Part shown: piece by piece, positions 50,575 through 63,029 of the stretch
Numbering within the stretch: the stretch's first letter is position 1
Layout of the letters: each line of letters begins with the position of its first letter
NCBI RefSeq assembly: GCF_009914755.1
Contig: NC_060929.1
DNA length: 64,000 bases
Direction: 5' to 3' (one strand)
DNA from: the human T2T-CHM13v2.0 reference genome, Homo sapiens
Program-made: the position numbers and the translations under genes
The notes under the pieces: model-generated
Told to the model about the DNA's origin: nothing
What the model saw: the letters and a program-made list of their open reading frames with translations, nothing else
The model's database searches: none

Positions 50575-53304
50575 CATTTTCAGAAACTGCCTTGTGATGT
50601 GTGCATTCAACTCACAGAGTTGAACCTTCCTTTTGAGAGAGAAGTTTTGAAACAGTCTTTTTGTAGTATTTGCAAGTGGATATTTGGAGCGATTTGTGGA
50701 GTATGGTGGAAAATGAAATACCTTCACATACAAAGTAGACAGAAGCATTCTCAGAAACTGCTTTGTGATGTGTGCATTTAAGTCACAGACTTGAAACTTC
50801 CTTTAGGTAGAGCAGTGTTGAAACACACTTTTTGTATAATCTACAAGTGTTCTTTGGAGTGCTTTGTTGCCTATGTTGGAAAAAGAAATATCTTCACATA
50901 AAAACTAGACAGAAGCATTCTCAGAAACTCCTTTGTGATGGGTTTGTTCAATTCACATTGTTGAACCTTTCTTTTGATACAGCAGGGTTGAAACAAACAT
51001 TTTGTAGAATCTGCAAGTGTTCATTTCAAATGCTTTGTGGCCTATGTTGGAAAAAGTGATATCTTCACCTAAAAAATAGACAGAAGCATTCTCAGGAACT
51101 GCTTTGTGATGTGTGCATTTAAGTCACAGACTTGAAACTTCCTTTAGGTAGAGCAGTGTTGAAACACACTTTTTGTATAATCTACAAGTGTTCTTTGGAG
51201 TGCTTTGTTGCCTATGTTGGAAAAAGAAATATCTTCACATAAAAACTAGACAGAAGCATTCTCAGAAACTCCTTTGTGATGGGTTTGTTCAATTCACATT
51301 GTTGAACCTTTCTTTTGATACAGCAGGGTTGAAACAAACATTTTGTAGAATCTGCAAGTGTTCATTTCAAATGCTTTGTGGCCTATGTTGGAAAAAGTGA
51401 TATGTTCACCTAAAAAATAGACAGAAGCATTCTCAGGAACTGCTTTGTAATATGTGCATTCAACTCACAGAGTTGAACCTTCCTTTTGAGAGAGCGGTTT
51501 TGAAACAGTCTTTTTGTAGTATCTGCAAGTGGATATTTGGAGCGATTTGAGGTCTAACAAGGAAAAGGAAGTACCTTTAAATAAAAACTAGACAGAAGCT
51601 TTCTCAGAAACTGCTTTGTGATGTGTGCATTTAACTCAAAGTCTTGATCCTTACTTTTGTTAGAGCAGTGTTGAAACACATTTTTGTAGAACCTGGTAGT
51701 GTTCATTTGGAGAGATTTGTTGCCTATGGTGGAAAAAGGATTATCTTCTCTTAAAAACTAGACAGAAGCATTCTTAGAAACTGCTTTGTGATGTGTGTGT
51801 TCAATTCACAGAGTTGAAACTTTCCTTTGACAGAGCAGGTTTGAAACACTGCTTCTGTAGAATCTGCTTGTGGATATTGGGAGCTCCTTGAGGAATACGT
51901 TGTAAAAGGCATATCTTCACATACAAACTAGACAGAAGCATTCTCAGAAACTGCTTTGTGATGTGTGCATTCAACTCACAGAGTTGAACCTTCCATTTGA
52001 GAGAGCAGTGTTGAAACGGTCTTTTGTAGTATCTGCAAGTGGATATTTGGAGCGATTTGAGGCCTATGATGGAAAAGGAAATATCTTCACATACAAACTA
52101 GACAGAAGCATTCTCAGAAACTGCTTTGTGATGTGTGCATTTAACCGACAGATTTGAACTTTCCTGTTGAGAGGGAGGTTTTGAAACAGTCTTTTTGTAG
52201 TATCTGCAAGTGGATATTTGTAGTGACTTGAGGCCTTAGGTGGAAAAGGAAATACCTTCATATACAAAGTAGACAGAAGTATTCTCAGAAACTCCATTGT
52301 GATGTGTGCACTCAACTCACAGAGTTGAACCTTCCTTTTGAGAGAGCAGTTTTGAAACAGTCTTTTTGTAACGTCTGCAGGTGGATATTTGGAGCGATTC
52401 GTGTAGTATGATGGAAAAGGAAATATCTTCACATACAAACTAAACAGAAGCATTCTCAGAAACTTCTTGTGATGTGTGCATTCACCTAACAGAGTGGAAC
52501 CGTTCTTTTGATAGAGCAGTTTTGAATCAGTCTTTTGGTAGGACCTGCAAGTTTTCATTTGGAGCGCTTTGAAGCCCATGGTGGAAAAGGGACTATCATC
52601 TTCACAAAAAACTAGGCAGAAGCCTTCTCAGGAACTTCATTGAGATGTGTGCATTCAACTAACAGAGTTGAAACTGTCTTTTGACAGAGGAGGAATGAAA
52701 CACTCCTTTTGTACTATCTGATTGTGTATATTTGGAACTCTTTGAGTTATTCGTTGGAAACGGGTATCTTCACATAAAAAGTAGACCCAAGCATTCTCAG
52801 AAGGTTCTTTGTGATGTGTGCGTTCAACTCACAGACTTGAAACTTTCTTTTGATAGAGCAGTGTTGAAACACACTTTTTGTAGAATCCACAAGTATTCGT
52901 TTGGAGCGCTTTGTTGCCTATGTGGGAAAAAGGAATATCTTCACTTAAAAACTAGACAGAAGCATTCTCTGAAACTCCTCTGTGAAGTGTGTGTTCAATT
53001 CACATCGTTGAACCTTTCTTTTGATAGAGCAGTGTTGAAACATACTTTTTGTAGAATCTGCAAGTGTCCATTTCGAGTTCTTTTGTGTGTATGTTGGAAA
53101 AAGTGATATCTTCACCTGAAAAATAGACAGAAGCATTCCAGAAACTGCTTTGTAACATGTGCATTCAACTCACAGTGTTGAACCTTCCTTTTGAGAGAGC
53201 GGTTTTGAAACAGTCTTTTTGTAGTATCTGCAAGTGGATATTTGCAGTGATTTGAGGCCGAAGAAGGAAAAGGAAATACCTTCAAATAAAAAACTAGACG
53301 GAAG
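50575..53304 (+). repeat. 16-mer HOR variant (2730 bp = type-B 14-mer + duplicated m2-m3, 341 bp)
   Basis: The ORF artefact MYNLQVFF occurs twice, 341 bp apart (50832, 51173); hybrid m4/m2 monomer starts at 51087. Confidence 0.93.
52749..52765 (+). other. CENP-B box
   Basis: ATTCGTTGGAAACGGGT, core intact. Confidence 0.92.
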
Positions 53305-55137
53305 CATTTTCAGAAACTGCCTTGTGATGTGTGCATTCAACTCACAGAGTTGAACCTTCCTTTTGAGAGAGAAGTTTTGAAACAGTCTTTTTGTAGTATT
53401 TGCAAGTGGATATTTGGAGCGATTTGTGGAGTATGGTGGAAAATGAAATACCTTCACATACAAAGTAGACAGAAGCATTCTCAGAAACTGCTTTGTGATG
53501 TGTGCATTTAAGTCACAGACTTGAAACTTCCTTTAGGTAGAGCAGTGTTGAAACACACTTTTTGTATAATCTACAAGTGTTCTTTGGAGTGCTTTGTTGC
53601 CTATGTTGGAAAAAGAAATATCTTCACATAAAAACTAGACAGAAGCATTCTCAGAAACTCCTTTGTGATGGGTTTGTTCAATTCACATTGTTGAACCTTT
53701 CTTTTGATACAGCAGGGTTGAAACAAACATTTTGTAGAATCTGCAAGTGTTCATTTCAAATGCTTTGTGGCCTATGTTGGAAAAAGTGATATGTTCACCT
53801 AAAAAATAGACAGAAGCATTCTCAGGAACTGCTTTGTAATATGTGCATTCAACTCACAGAGTTGAACCTTCCTTTTGAGAGAGCGGTTTTGAAACAGTCT
53901 TTTTGTAGTATCTGCAAGTGGATATTTGGAGCGATTTGAGGTCTAACAAGGAAAAGGAAGTACCTTTAAATAAAAACTAGACAGAAGCTTTCTCAGAAAC
54001 TGCTTTGTGATGTGTGCATTTAACTCAAAGTCTTGATCCTTACTTTTGTTAGAGCAGTGTTGAAACACATTTTTGTAGAACCTGGTAGTGTTCATTTGGA
54101 GAGATTTGTTGCCTATGGTGGAAAAAGGATTATCTTCTCTTAAAAACTAGACAGAAGCATTCTTAGAAACTGCTTTGTGATGTGTGTGTTCAATTCACAG
54201 AGTTGAAACTTTCCTTTGACAGAGCAGGTTTGAAACACTGCTTCTGTAGAATCTGCTTGTGGATATTGGGAGCTCCTTGAGGAATACGTTGTAAAAGGCA
54301 TATCTTCACATACAAACTAGACAGAAGCATTCTCAGAAACTGCTTTGTGATGTGTGCATTCAACTCACAGAGTTGAACCTTCCATTTGAGAGAGCAGTGT
54401 TGAAACGGTCTTTTGTAGTATCTGCAAGTGGATATTTGGAGCGATTTGAGGCCTATGATGGAAAAGGAAATATCTTCACATACAAACTAGACAGAAGCAT
54501 TCTCAGAAACTGCTTTGTGATGTGTGCATTTAACCGACAGATTTGAACTTTCCTGTTGAGAGGGAGGTTTTGAAACAGTCTTTTTGTAGTATCTGCAAGT
54601 GGATATTTGTAGTGACTTGGGGCCTCAGGTGGAAAAGGAAATACCTTCATATACAAAGTAGACAGAAGTATTTTCAGAAACTCCATTGTGATGTGTGCAC
54701 TCAACTCACAGGGTTGAACCTTCCTTTTGAGAGAGCAGTTTTGAAACAGTCTTTTTGTAACGTCTGCAGGTGGATATTTGGAGCGATTCGTGTAGTATGA
54801 TGGAAAAGGAAATATCTTCACATACAAACTAAACAGAAGCATTCTCAGAAACTTCTTGTGATGTGTGCATTCACCTAACAGAGTGGAACCGTTCTTTTGA
54901 TAGAGCAGTTTTGAATCAGTCTTTTGGTAGGACCTGCAAGTTTTCATTTGGAGCGCTTTGAAGCCCATGGTGGAAAAGGGACTATCATCTTCACAAAAAA
55001 CTAGGCAGAAGCCTTCTCCGGAACTTCATTGAGATGTGTGCATTCAACTAACAGAGTTGAAACTGTCTTTTGACAGAGGAGGAATGAAACACTCCTTTTG
55101 TAGTATCTGATTGTGTATATTTGGAACTCTTTGAGTT

Positions 55138-55154
55138 ATTCGTTGGAAACGGGT
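55138..55154 (+). other. CENP-B box
   Basis: ATTCGTTGGAAACGGGT, core intact. Confidence 0.92.
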
Positions 55155-57526
55155 ATCTTCACATAAAAAGTAGACCCAAGCATTCTCAGAAGGTTCTTTG
55201 TGATGTGTGCGTTCAACTCACAGACTTGAAACTTTCTTTTGATAGAGCAGTGTTGAAACACACTTTTTGTAGAATCCACAAGTATTCGTTTGGAGCGCTT
55301 TGTTGCCTATGTGGGAAAAAGGAATATCTTCACTTAAAAACTAGACAGAAGCATTCTCTGAAACTCCTCTGTGAAGTGTGTGTTCAATTCACATCGTTGA
55401 ACCTTTCTTTTGATAGAGCAGTGTTGAAACATACTTTTTGTAGAATCTGCAAGTGTCCATTTCGAGTTCTTTTGTGCGTATGTTGGAAAAAGTGATATCT
55501 TCACCTGAAAAATAGACAGAAGCATTCCAGAAACTGCTTTGTAACATGTGCATTCAACTCACAGTGTTGAACCTTCCTTTTGAGAGAGCGGTTTTGAAAC
55601 AGTCTTTTTGTAGTATCTGCAATTGGATATTTGCAGTGATTTGAGGCCGAAGAAGGAAAAGGAAATACCTTCAAATAAAAAACTAGACGGAAGCATTTTC
55701 AGAAACTGCCTTGTGATGTGTGCATTCAACTCACAGAGTTGAACCTTCCTTTTGAGAGAGAAGTTTTGAAACAGTCTTTTTGTAGTATTTGCAAGTGGAT
55801 ATTTGGAGCGATTTGTGGAGTATGGTGGAAAATGAAATACCTTCACATACAAAGTAGACAGAAGCATTCTCAGAAACTGCTTTGTGATGTGTGCATTTAA
55901 GTCACAGACTTGAAACTTCCTTTAGGTAGAGCAGTGTTGAAACACACTTTTTGTATAATCTACAAGTGTTCTTTGGAGTGCTTTGTTGCCTATGTTGGAA
56001 AAAGAAATATCTTCACATAAAAACTAGACAGAAGCATTCTCAGAAACTCCTTTGTGATGGGTTTGTTCAATTCACATTGTTGAACCTTTCTTTTGATACA
56101 GCAGGGTTGAAACAAACATTTTGTAGAATCTGCAAGTGTTCATTTCAAATGCTTTGTGGCCTATGTTGGAAAAAGTGATATCTTCACCTAAAAAATAGAC
56201 AGAAGCATTCTCAGGAACTGCTTTGTAATATGTGCATTCAACTCACAGAGTTGAACCTTCCTTTTGAGAGAGCGGTTTTGAAACAGTCTTTTTGTAGTAT
56301 CTGCAAGTGGATATTTGGAGCGATTTGAGGTCTAAGAAGGAAAAGGAAGTACCTTCAAATAAAAACTAGACAGAAGCTTTCTCAGAAACTGCTTTGTGAT
56401 GTGTGCATTTAACTCAAAGTCTTGATCCTTACTTTTGTTAGAGCAGTGTTGAAACACATTTTTGTAGAACCTGGTAGTGTTCATTTGGAGAGATTTGTTG
56501 CCTATGGTGGAAAAAGGATTATCTTCTCTTAAAAACTAGACAGAAGCATTCTTAGAAACTGCTTTGTGATGTGTGTGTTCAATTCACAGAGTTGAAACTT
56601 TCCTTTGACAGAGCAGGTTTGAAACACTGCTTCTGTAGAATCTGCTTGTGGATATTGGGAGCTCCTTGAGGAATACGTTGTAAAAGGCATATCTTCACAT
56701 ACAAACTAGACAGAAGCATTCTCAGAAACTGCTTTGTGATGTGTGCATTCAACTCACAGAGTTGAACCTTCCATTTGAGAGAGCAGTGTTGAAACGGTCT
56801 TTTGTAGTATCTGCAAGTGGATATTTGGAGCGATTTGAGGCCTATGATGGAAAAGGAAATATCTTCACATACAAACTAGACAGAAGCATTCTCAGAAACT
56901 GCTTTGTGATGTGTGCATTCAACCGACAGATTTGAACTTTCCTGTTGAGAGGGAGGTTTTGAAACAGTCTTTTTGTAGTATCTGCAAGTGGATATTTGTA
57001 GTGACTTGGGGCCTCAGGTGGAAAAGGAAATACCTTCACATACAAACTAGACAGAAGTATTCTCAGAAACTCCATTGTGATGTGTGCACTCAACTCACAG
57101 AGTTGAACCTTCCTTTTGAGAGAGCAGTTTTGAAACAGTCTTTTTGTAACGTCTGCAGGTGGATATTTGGAGCGATTCGTGTAGTATGATGGAAAAGGAA
57201 ATATCTTCACATACAAACTAAACAGAAGCATTCTCAGAAACTTCTTGTGATGTGTGCATTCACCTAACAGAGTGGAACCGTTCTTTTGATAGAGCAGTTT
57301 TGAATCAGTCTTTTGGTAGGACCTGCAAGTTTTCATTTGGAGCACTTTGAAGCCCATGGTGGAAAAGGGACTATCATCTTCACAAAAAACTAGGCAGAAG
57401 CCTTCTCAGGAACTTCATTGAGATGTGTGCATTCAACTAACAGAGTTGAAACTGTCTTTTGACAGAGGAGGAATGAAACACTCCTTTTGTAGTATCTGAT
57501 TGTGTATATTTGGAACTCTTTGAGTT

Positions 57527-57543
57527 ATTCGTTGGAAACGGGT
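57527..57543 (+). other. CENP-B box
   Basis: ATTCGTTGGAAACGGGT, core intact. Confidence 0.92.
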
Positions 57544-58082
57544 ATCTTCACATAAAAAGTAGACCCAAGCATTCTCAGAAGGTTCTTTGTGATGTGTGCG
57601 TTCAACTCACAGACTTGAAACTTTCTTTTGATAGAGCAGTGTTGAAACACACCTTTTGTAGTATCCACAGGTATTCGTTTGGAGCGCTTTGTTGCCTATG
57701 TGGGAAAAAGGAATATCTTCACTTAAAAACTAGACAGAATCATTCTCCGAAACTCCTCTGTGAAGTGTGTGTTCAATTCACATCGTTGAACCTTTCTTTT
57801 GATAGAGCAGTGTTGAAACATACTTTTTGTAGAATCTGCAAGTGTCCATTTCGAGTTCTTTTGTGGGTATGTTGGAAAAAGTGATATCTTCACCTGAAAA
57901 ATAGACAGAAGCATTCCATAAACTGCTTTGTAACATGTGCATTCAACTCACAGTGTTGAACCTTCCTTTTGAGAGAGCGGTTTTGAAACAGTCTTTTTGA
58001 CGTATCTGCAAGTGGATATTTGCAGTGATTTGAGGCCGAAGGAGGAAAAGGAAATACCTTCAAATAAAAAACTAGACGGAAG

Positions 58083-60640
58083 CATTTTCGGAAACTGCCT
58101 TGTGATGTGTGCATTCAACTCACAGAGTTGAACCTTCCTTTTGAGAGAGAAGTTTTGAAACAGTCTTTTTGTAGTATTTGCAAGTGGATATTTGGAGCGA
58201 TTTGTGGAGTATGGTGGAAAATGAAATATCTTCACATACAAAATAGACAGAAGCATACTCAGAAACTGCTTTGTGATGTGTGCATTTAAGTCACAGACTT
58301 GAAACTTCCTTTAGGTAGAGCAGTGTTGAAACACACTTTTTGTATAATCTACAAGTGTTCTTTGGAGTGCTTTGTTGCCTATGTTGGAAAAAGAAATATC
58401 TTCACATAAAAACTAGACAGAAGCATTCTCAGAAACTCCTTTGTGATAGGTTTGTTCAATTCACATTGTTGAACCTTTCTTTTGATACAGCAGTGTTGAA
58501 ACAAACATTTTGTAGAATCTGCAAGTGTTCATTTCAAATGCTTTGTGGCCTCTGTTGGAAAAAGTGATATGTTCACCTAAAAAATAGACAGAAGCATTCT
58601 CAGGAACTGCCTTGTAATATGTGCATTCAACTCACAGAGTTGAACCTTCCTTTTGAGAGAGCGGTTTTGAAACAGTCTTTTTGTAGTATCTGCAAGTGGA
58701 TATTTGGAGCGATTTGAGGTCTAAGAAGGAAAAGGAAGTACCTTGAAATAAAAACTAGACAGAAGCTTTCTCAGAAACTGCTTTGTGATGTGTGCATTTA
58801 ACTCAAAGTCTTGATCCTTACTTTTGTTAGAGCAGTGTTGAAACACACTTTTTGTAGACCCTGGTAGAGTTCATTTGGAGAGATTTGTTGCCTATGGTGG
58901 AAAAAGGATTATCTTCTCTTAAATACTAGACAGAAGCATTCTTAGAAACTGCTTTGTGATGTGTGTGTTCAATTCACAGAGTTGAAACTTTCCTTTGACA
59001 GAGCAGGTTTGAAACACTGCTTCTGTAGAATCTGCTTGTGGATATTGGGAGCTCCTTGAGGAATACGTTGTAAAAGGCATATCTTCACATACAAACTAGA
59101 CAGAAGCATTCTCAGAAACTGCTTTGTGATGTGTGCATTCAACTCACAGAGTTGAACCTTCCATTTGAGAGAGCAGTGTTGAAACAGTCTTTTTGTAGTA
59201 TCTTCAAGTGGATATTTGGAGCGATTTGAGGCCTATGATGGAAAAGGAAATATCTTCACATACAAACTAGACAGAAGCATTCTCAGAAACTGCTTTGTGA
59301 TGTGTGCATTCAACCCACAGAGTTGAACCTTCCTTTTGAGAGAGCAGTGTTGAAACGGTCTTTTGTAGTATCTGCAAGTGGATATTTGGAGCGATTTGAG
59401 GCCTATGATGGAAAAGGAAATATCTTCACATACAAACTAGACAGAAGCATTCTCAGAAACTGCTTTGTGATGTGTGCATTCAACCGACAGATTTGAACTT
59501 TCCTTTTGAGAGGGAGGTTTTGAAACAGTCTTTTTGTAGTATCTGCAAGTGGATATTTGTAGTGACTTGGGACCTCAGGTGGAAAAGGAAATACCTTCAC
59601 ATACAAAGTAGACAGAAGTATTCTCAGAAACTCCATTGTGATGTGTGCACTCAACTCACAGAGTTGAACCTTCCTTTTGAGAGAGCAGTTTTGAAACAGT
59701 CTTTTTGTAACGTCTGCAGGTGGATATTTGGAGCGATTCGAGTAGTATGATGGAAAAGGAAATATCTTCACATACAAACTAAACAGAAGCATTCTCAGAA
59801 ACTTCTTGTGATGTGTGCATTCACCTAACAGAGTGGAACCGTTCTTTTGATAGAGCAGTTTTGAATCAGTCTTTTGGTAGGACCTGCAAGTTTTCATTTG
59901 GAGCGCTTTGAAGCCCATGGTGGAAAAGGGACTATCTTCACAAAAAACTAGGCAGAAGCCTTCTCAGGAACTTCATTGAGATGTGTGCATTCAAGTAACA
60001 GAGTTGAAACTGTCTTTTGACAGAGGAGGAATGAAACACTCCTTTTGTAGTATCTGATTGTGTATATTTGGAACTCTTTGAGTTATTCGTTGGAAACGGG
60101 TATCTTCACATAAAAAGTAGACCCAAGCATTCTCAGAAGGTTCTTTGTGATGTGTGCGTTCAACTCACAGACTTGAAACTTTCTTTTGATAGAGCAGTGT
60201 TGAAACACACTTTTTGTAGAATCCACAAGTATTCGTTTGGAGCGCTTTGTTGCCTATGTGGGAAAAAGGAATATCTTCACTTAAAAACTAGACAGAAGCA
60301 TTCTCTGAAACTCCTCTGTGAAGTGTGTGTTCAATTCACATCGTTGAACCTTTCTTTTGATAGAGCAGTGTTGAAACATACTTTTTGTAGAATCTGCAAG
60401 TGTCCATTTCGAGTTCTTTTGTGCGTATGTTGGAAAAAGTGATATCTTCACCTGAAAAATAGACAGAAGCATTCCAGAAACTGCTTTGTAACATGTGCAT
60501 TCAACTCACAGTGTTGAACCTTCCTTTTGAGAGAGCGGTTTTGAAACAGTCTTTTTGTAGTATCTGCAAGTGGATATTTGCAGTGATTTGAGGCCGAAGA
60601 AGGAAAAGGAAATACCTTCAAATAAAAAACTAGACGGAAG
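58083..60640 (+). repeat. 15-mer HOR copy, right-hand haplotype
   Basis: Spacing 58107->60665 = 2558; both m7 and m8 present, no ATC insertion. Confidence 0.92.
60085..60101 (+). other. CENP-B box
   Basis: ATTCGTTGGAAACGGGT, core intact. Confidence 0.92.
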
Positions 60641-63029
60641 CATTTTCAGAAACTGCCTTGTGATGTGTGCATTCAACTCACAGAGTTGAACCTTCCTTTT
60701 GAGAGAGAAGTTTTGAAACAGTCTTTTTGTAGTATTTGCAAGTGGATATTTGGAGCGATTTGTGGAGTATGGTGGAAAATGAAATACCTTCACATACAAA
60801 GTAGACAGAAGCATTCTCAGAAACTGCTTTGTGATGTGTGCATTTAAGTCACAGACTTGAAACTTCCTTTAGGTAGAGCAGTGTTGAAACACACTTTTTG
60901 TATAATCTACAAGTGTTCTTTGGAGTGCTTTGTTGCCTATGTTGGAAAAAGAAATATCTTCACATAAAAACTAGACAGAAGCATTCTCAGAAACTCCTTT
61001 GTGATGGGTGTGTTCAATTCACATTGTTGAACCTTTCTTTTGATACAGCAGGGTTGAAACAAACATTTTGTAGAATCTGCAAGTGTTCATTTCAAATGCT
61101 TTGCGGCCTATGTTGGAAAAAGTGATATCTTCACGTAAAAAATAGACAGAAGCATTCTCAGGAACTGCTTTGTAATATGTGCATTCAACTCACAGAGTTG
61201 AACCTTCCTTTTGAGAGAGCGGTTTTGAAACAGTCTTTTTGTAGTATCTGCAAGTGGATATTTGGAGCGATTTGAGGTCTAAGAAGGAAAAGGAAGTACC
61301 TTCAAATTAAAACTAGACAGAAGCTTTCTCAGAAACTGCTTTGTGATGTGTGCATTTAACTCAAAGTCTTGATCCTTACTTTTGTTAGAGCAGTGTTGAA
61401 ACACATTTTTGTAGAACCTGGTAGTGTTCATTTGGAGAGATTTGTTGCCTATGGTGGAAAAAGGATTATCTTCTCTTAAAAACTAGACAGAAGCATTCTT
61501 AGAAACTGCTTTGTGATGTGTGTGTTCAATTCACAGAGTTGAAACTTTCCTTTGACAGAGCAGGTTTGAAACACTGCTTCTGTAGAATCTGCTTGTGGAT
61601 ATTGGGAGCTCCTTGAGGAATACGTTGTAAAAGGCATATCTTCACATACAAACTAGACAGAAGCATTCTCAGAAACTGCTTTGTGATGTGTGCATTCAAC
61701 TCACAGAGTTGAACCTTCCATTTGAGAGAGCAGTGTTGAAACGGTCTTTTGTAGTATCTGCAAGTGGATATTTGGAGCGATTTGAGGCGTATGATGGAAA
61801 AGGAAATATCTTCACATACAAACTAGACAGAAGCATTCTCAGAAACTGCTTTGTGATGTGTGCATTCAACCGACAGATTTGAAATTCCCTGTTGAGAGGG
61901 AGGTTTTGAAACAGTCTTTTTGTAGTATCTGCAAGTGGATATTTGTAGTGACTTGGGGCCTCAGGTGGAAAAGGAAATACCTTCACATACAAAGTAGACA
62001 GAAGTATTCTCAGAAACTCCATTGTGATGTGTGCACTCAACTCACAGAGTTGAACCTTCCTTTTGAGAGAGCAGTTTTGAAACAGTCTTTTTGTAACGTC
62101 TGCAGGTGGATATTTGGAGCGATTCGTGTAGTATGATGGAAAAGGAAATATCTTCACATACAAACTAAACAGAAGCATTCTCAGAAACTTCTTGTGATGT
62201 GTGCATTCACCTAACAGAGTGGAACCGTTCTTTTGATAGAGCAGTTTTGAATCAGTCTTTTGGTAGGACCTGCAAGTTTTCATTTGGAGCGCTTTGAAGC
62301 CCTTGGTGGAAAAGGGACTATCATCTTCACAAAAAACTAGGCAGAAGCCTTCTCAGGAACTTCATTGAGATGTGTGCATTCAACTAACAGAGTTGAAACT
62401 GTCTTTTGACAGAGGAGGAATGAAACACTCCTTTTGTAGTATCTGATTGTGTATATTTGGAACTCTTTGAGTTATTCGTTGGAAACGGGTATCTTCACAT
62501 AAAAAGTAGACCCAAGCATTCTCAGAAGGTTCTTTGTGATGTGTGCGTTCAACTCACAGACTTGAAACTTTCTTTTGATAGAGCAGTGTTGAAACACACT
62601 TTTTGTAGAATCCACAAGTATTCGTTTGGAGCGCTTTGTTGCCTATGTGGGAAAAAGGAATATCTTCACTTAAAAACTAGACAGAAGCATTCTCTGAAAC
62701 TCCTCTGTGAAGTGTGTGTTCAATTCACATCGTTGAACCTTTCTTTTGATAGAGCAGTGTTGAAACATACTTTTTGTAGAATCTGCAAGTGTCCATTTCG
62801 AGTTCTTTTGTGCGTATGTTGGAAAAAGTGATATCTTCACCTGAAAAATAGACAGAAGCATTCCAGAAACTGCTTTGTAACATGTGCATTCAACTCACAG
62901 TGTTGAACCTTCCTTTTGAGAGAGCGGTTTTGAAACAGTCTTTTTGAAGTATCTGCAAGTGGATATTTGCAGTGATTTGAGGCCGAAGGAGGAAAAGGAA
63001 ATACCTTCAAATAAAAAACTAGACGGAAG
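60641..63029 (+). repeat. Type-B 14-mer HOR copy (2389 bp)
   Basis: Spacing 60665->63054; hybrid m7/m8; ATC insertion at 62320. Confidence 0.92.
62474..62490 (+). other. CENP-B box
   Basis: ATTCGTTGGAAACGGGT, core intact. Confidence 0.92.

Larger units (their letters stand above)
53305..58082 (+). repeat. Two type-B 14-mer HOR copies (2389 bp each)
   Basis: Spacing 53329->55718->58107; ATC insertion at 54984 and 57373. Confidence 0.92.

Noticed and set aside
61696-62283. Longest ORF (195 aa, minus strand), unique to one copy
   Set aside because: It results from a SNP removing a stop codon (GGCGTATG ~61789) in a 14-mer copy, and its translation is satellite-derived.
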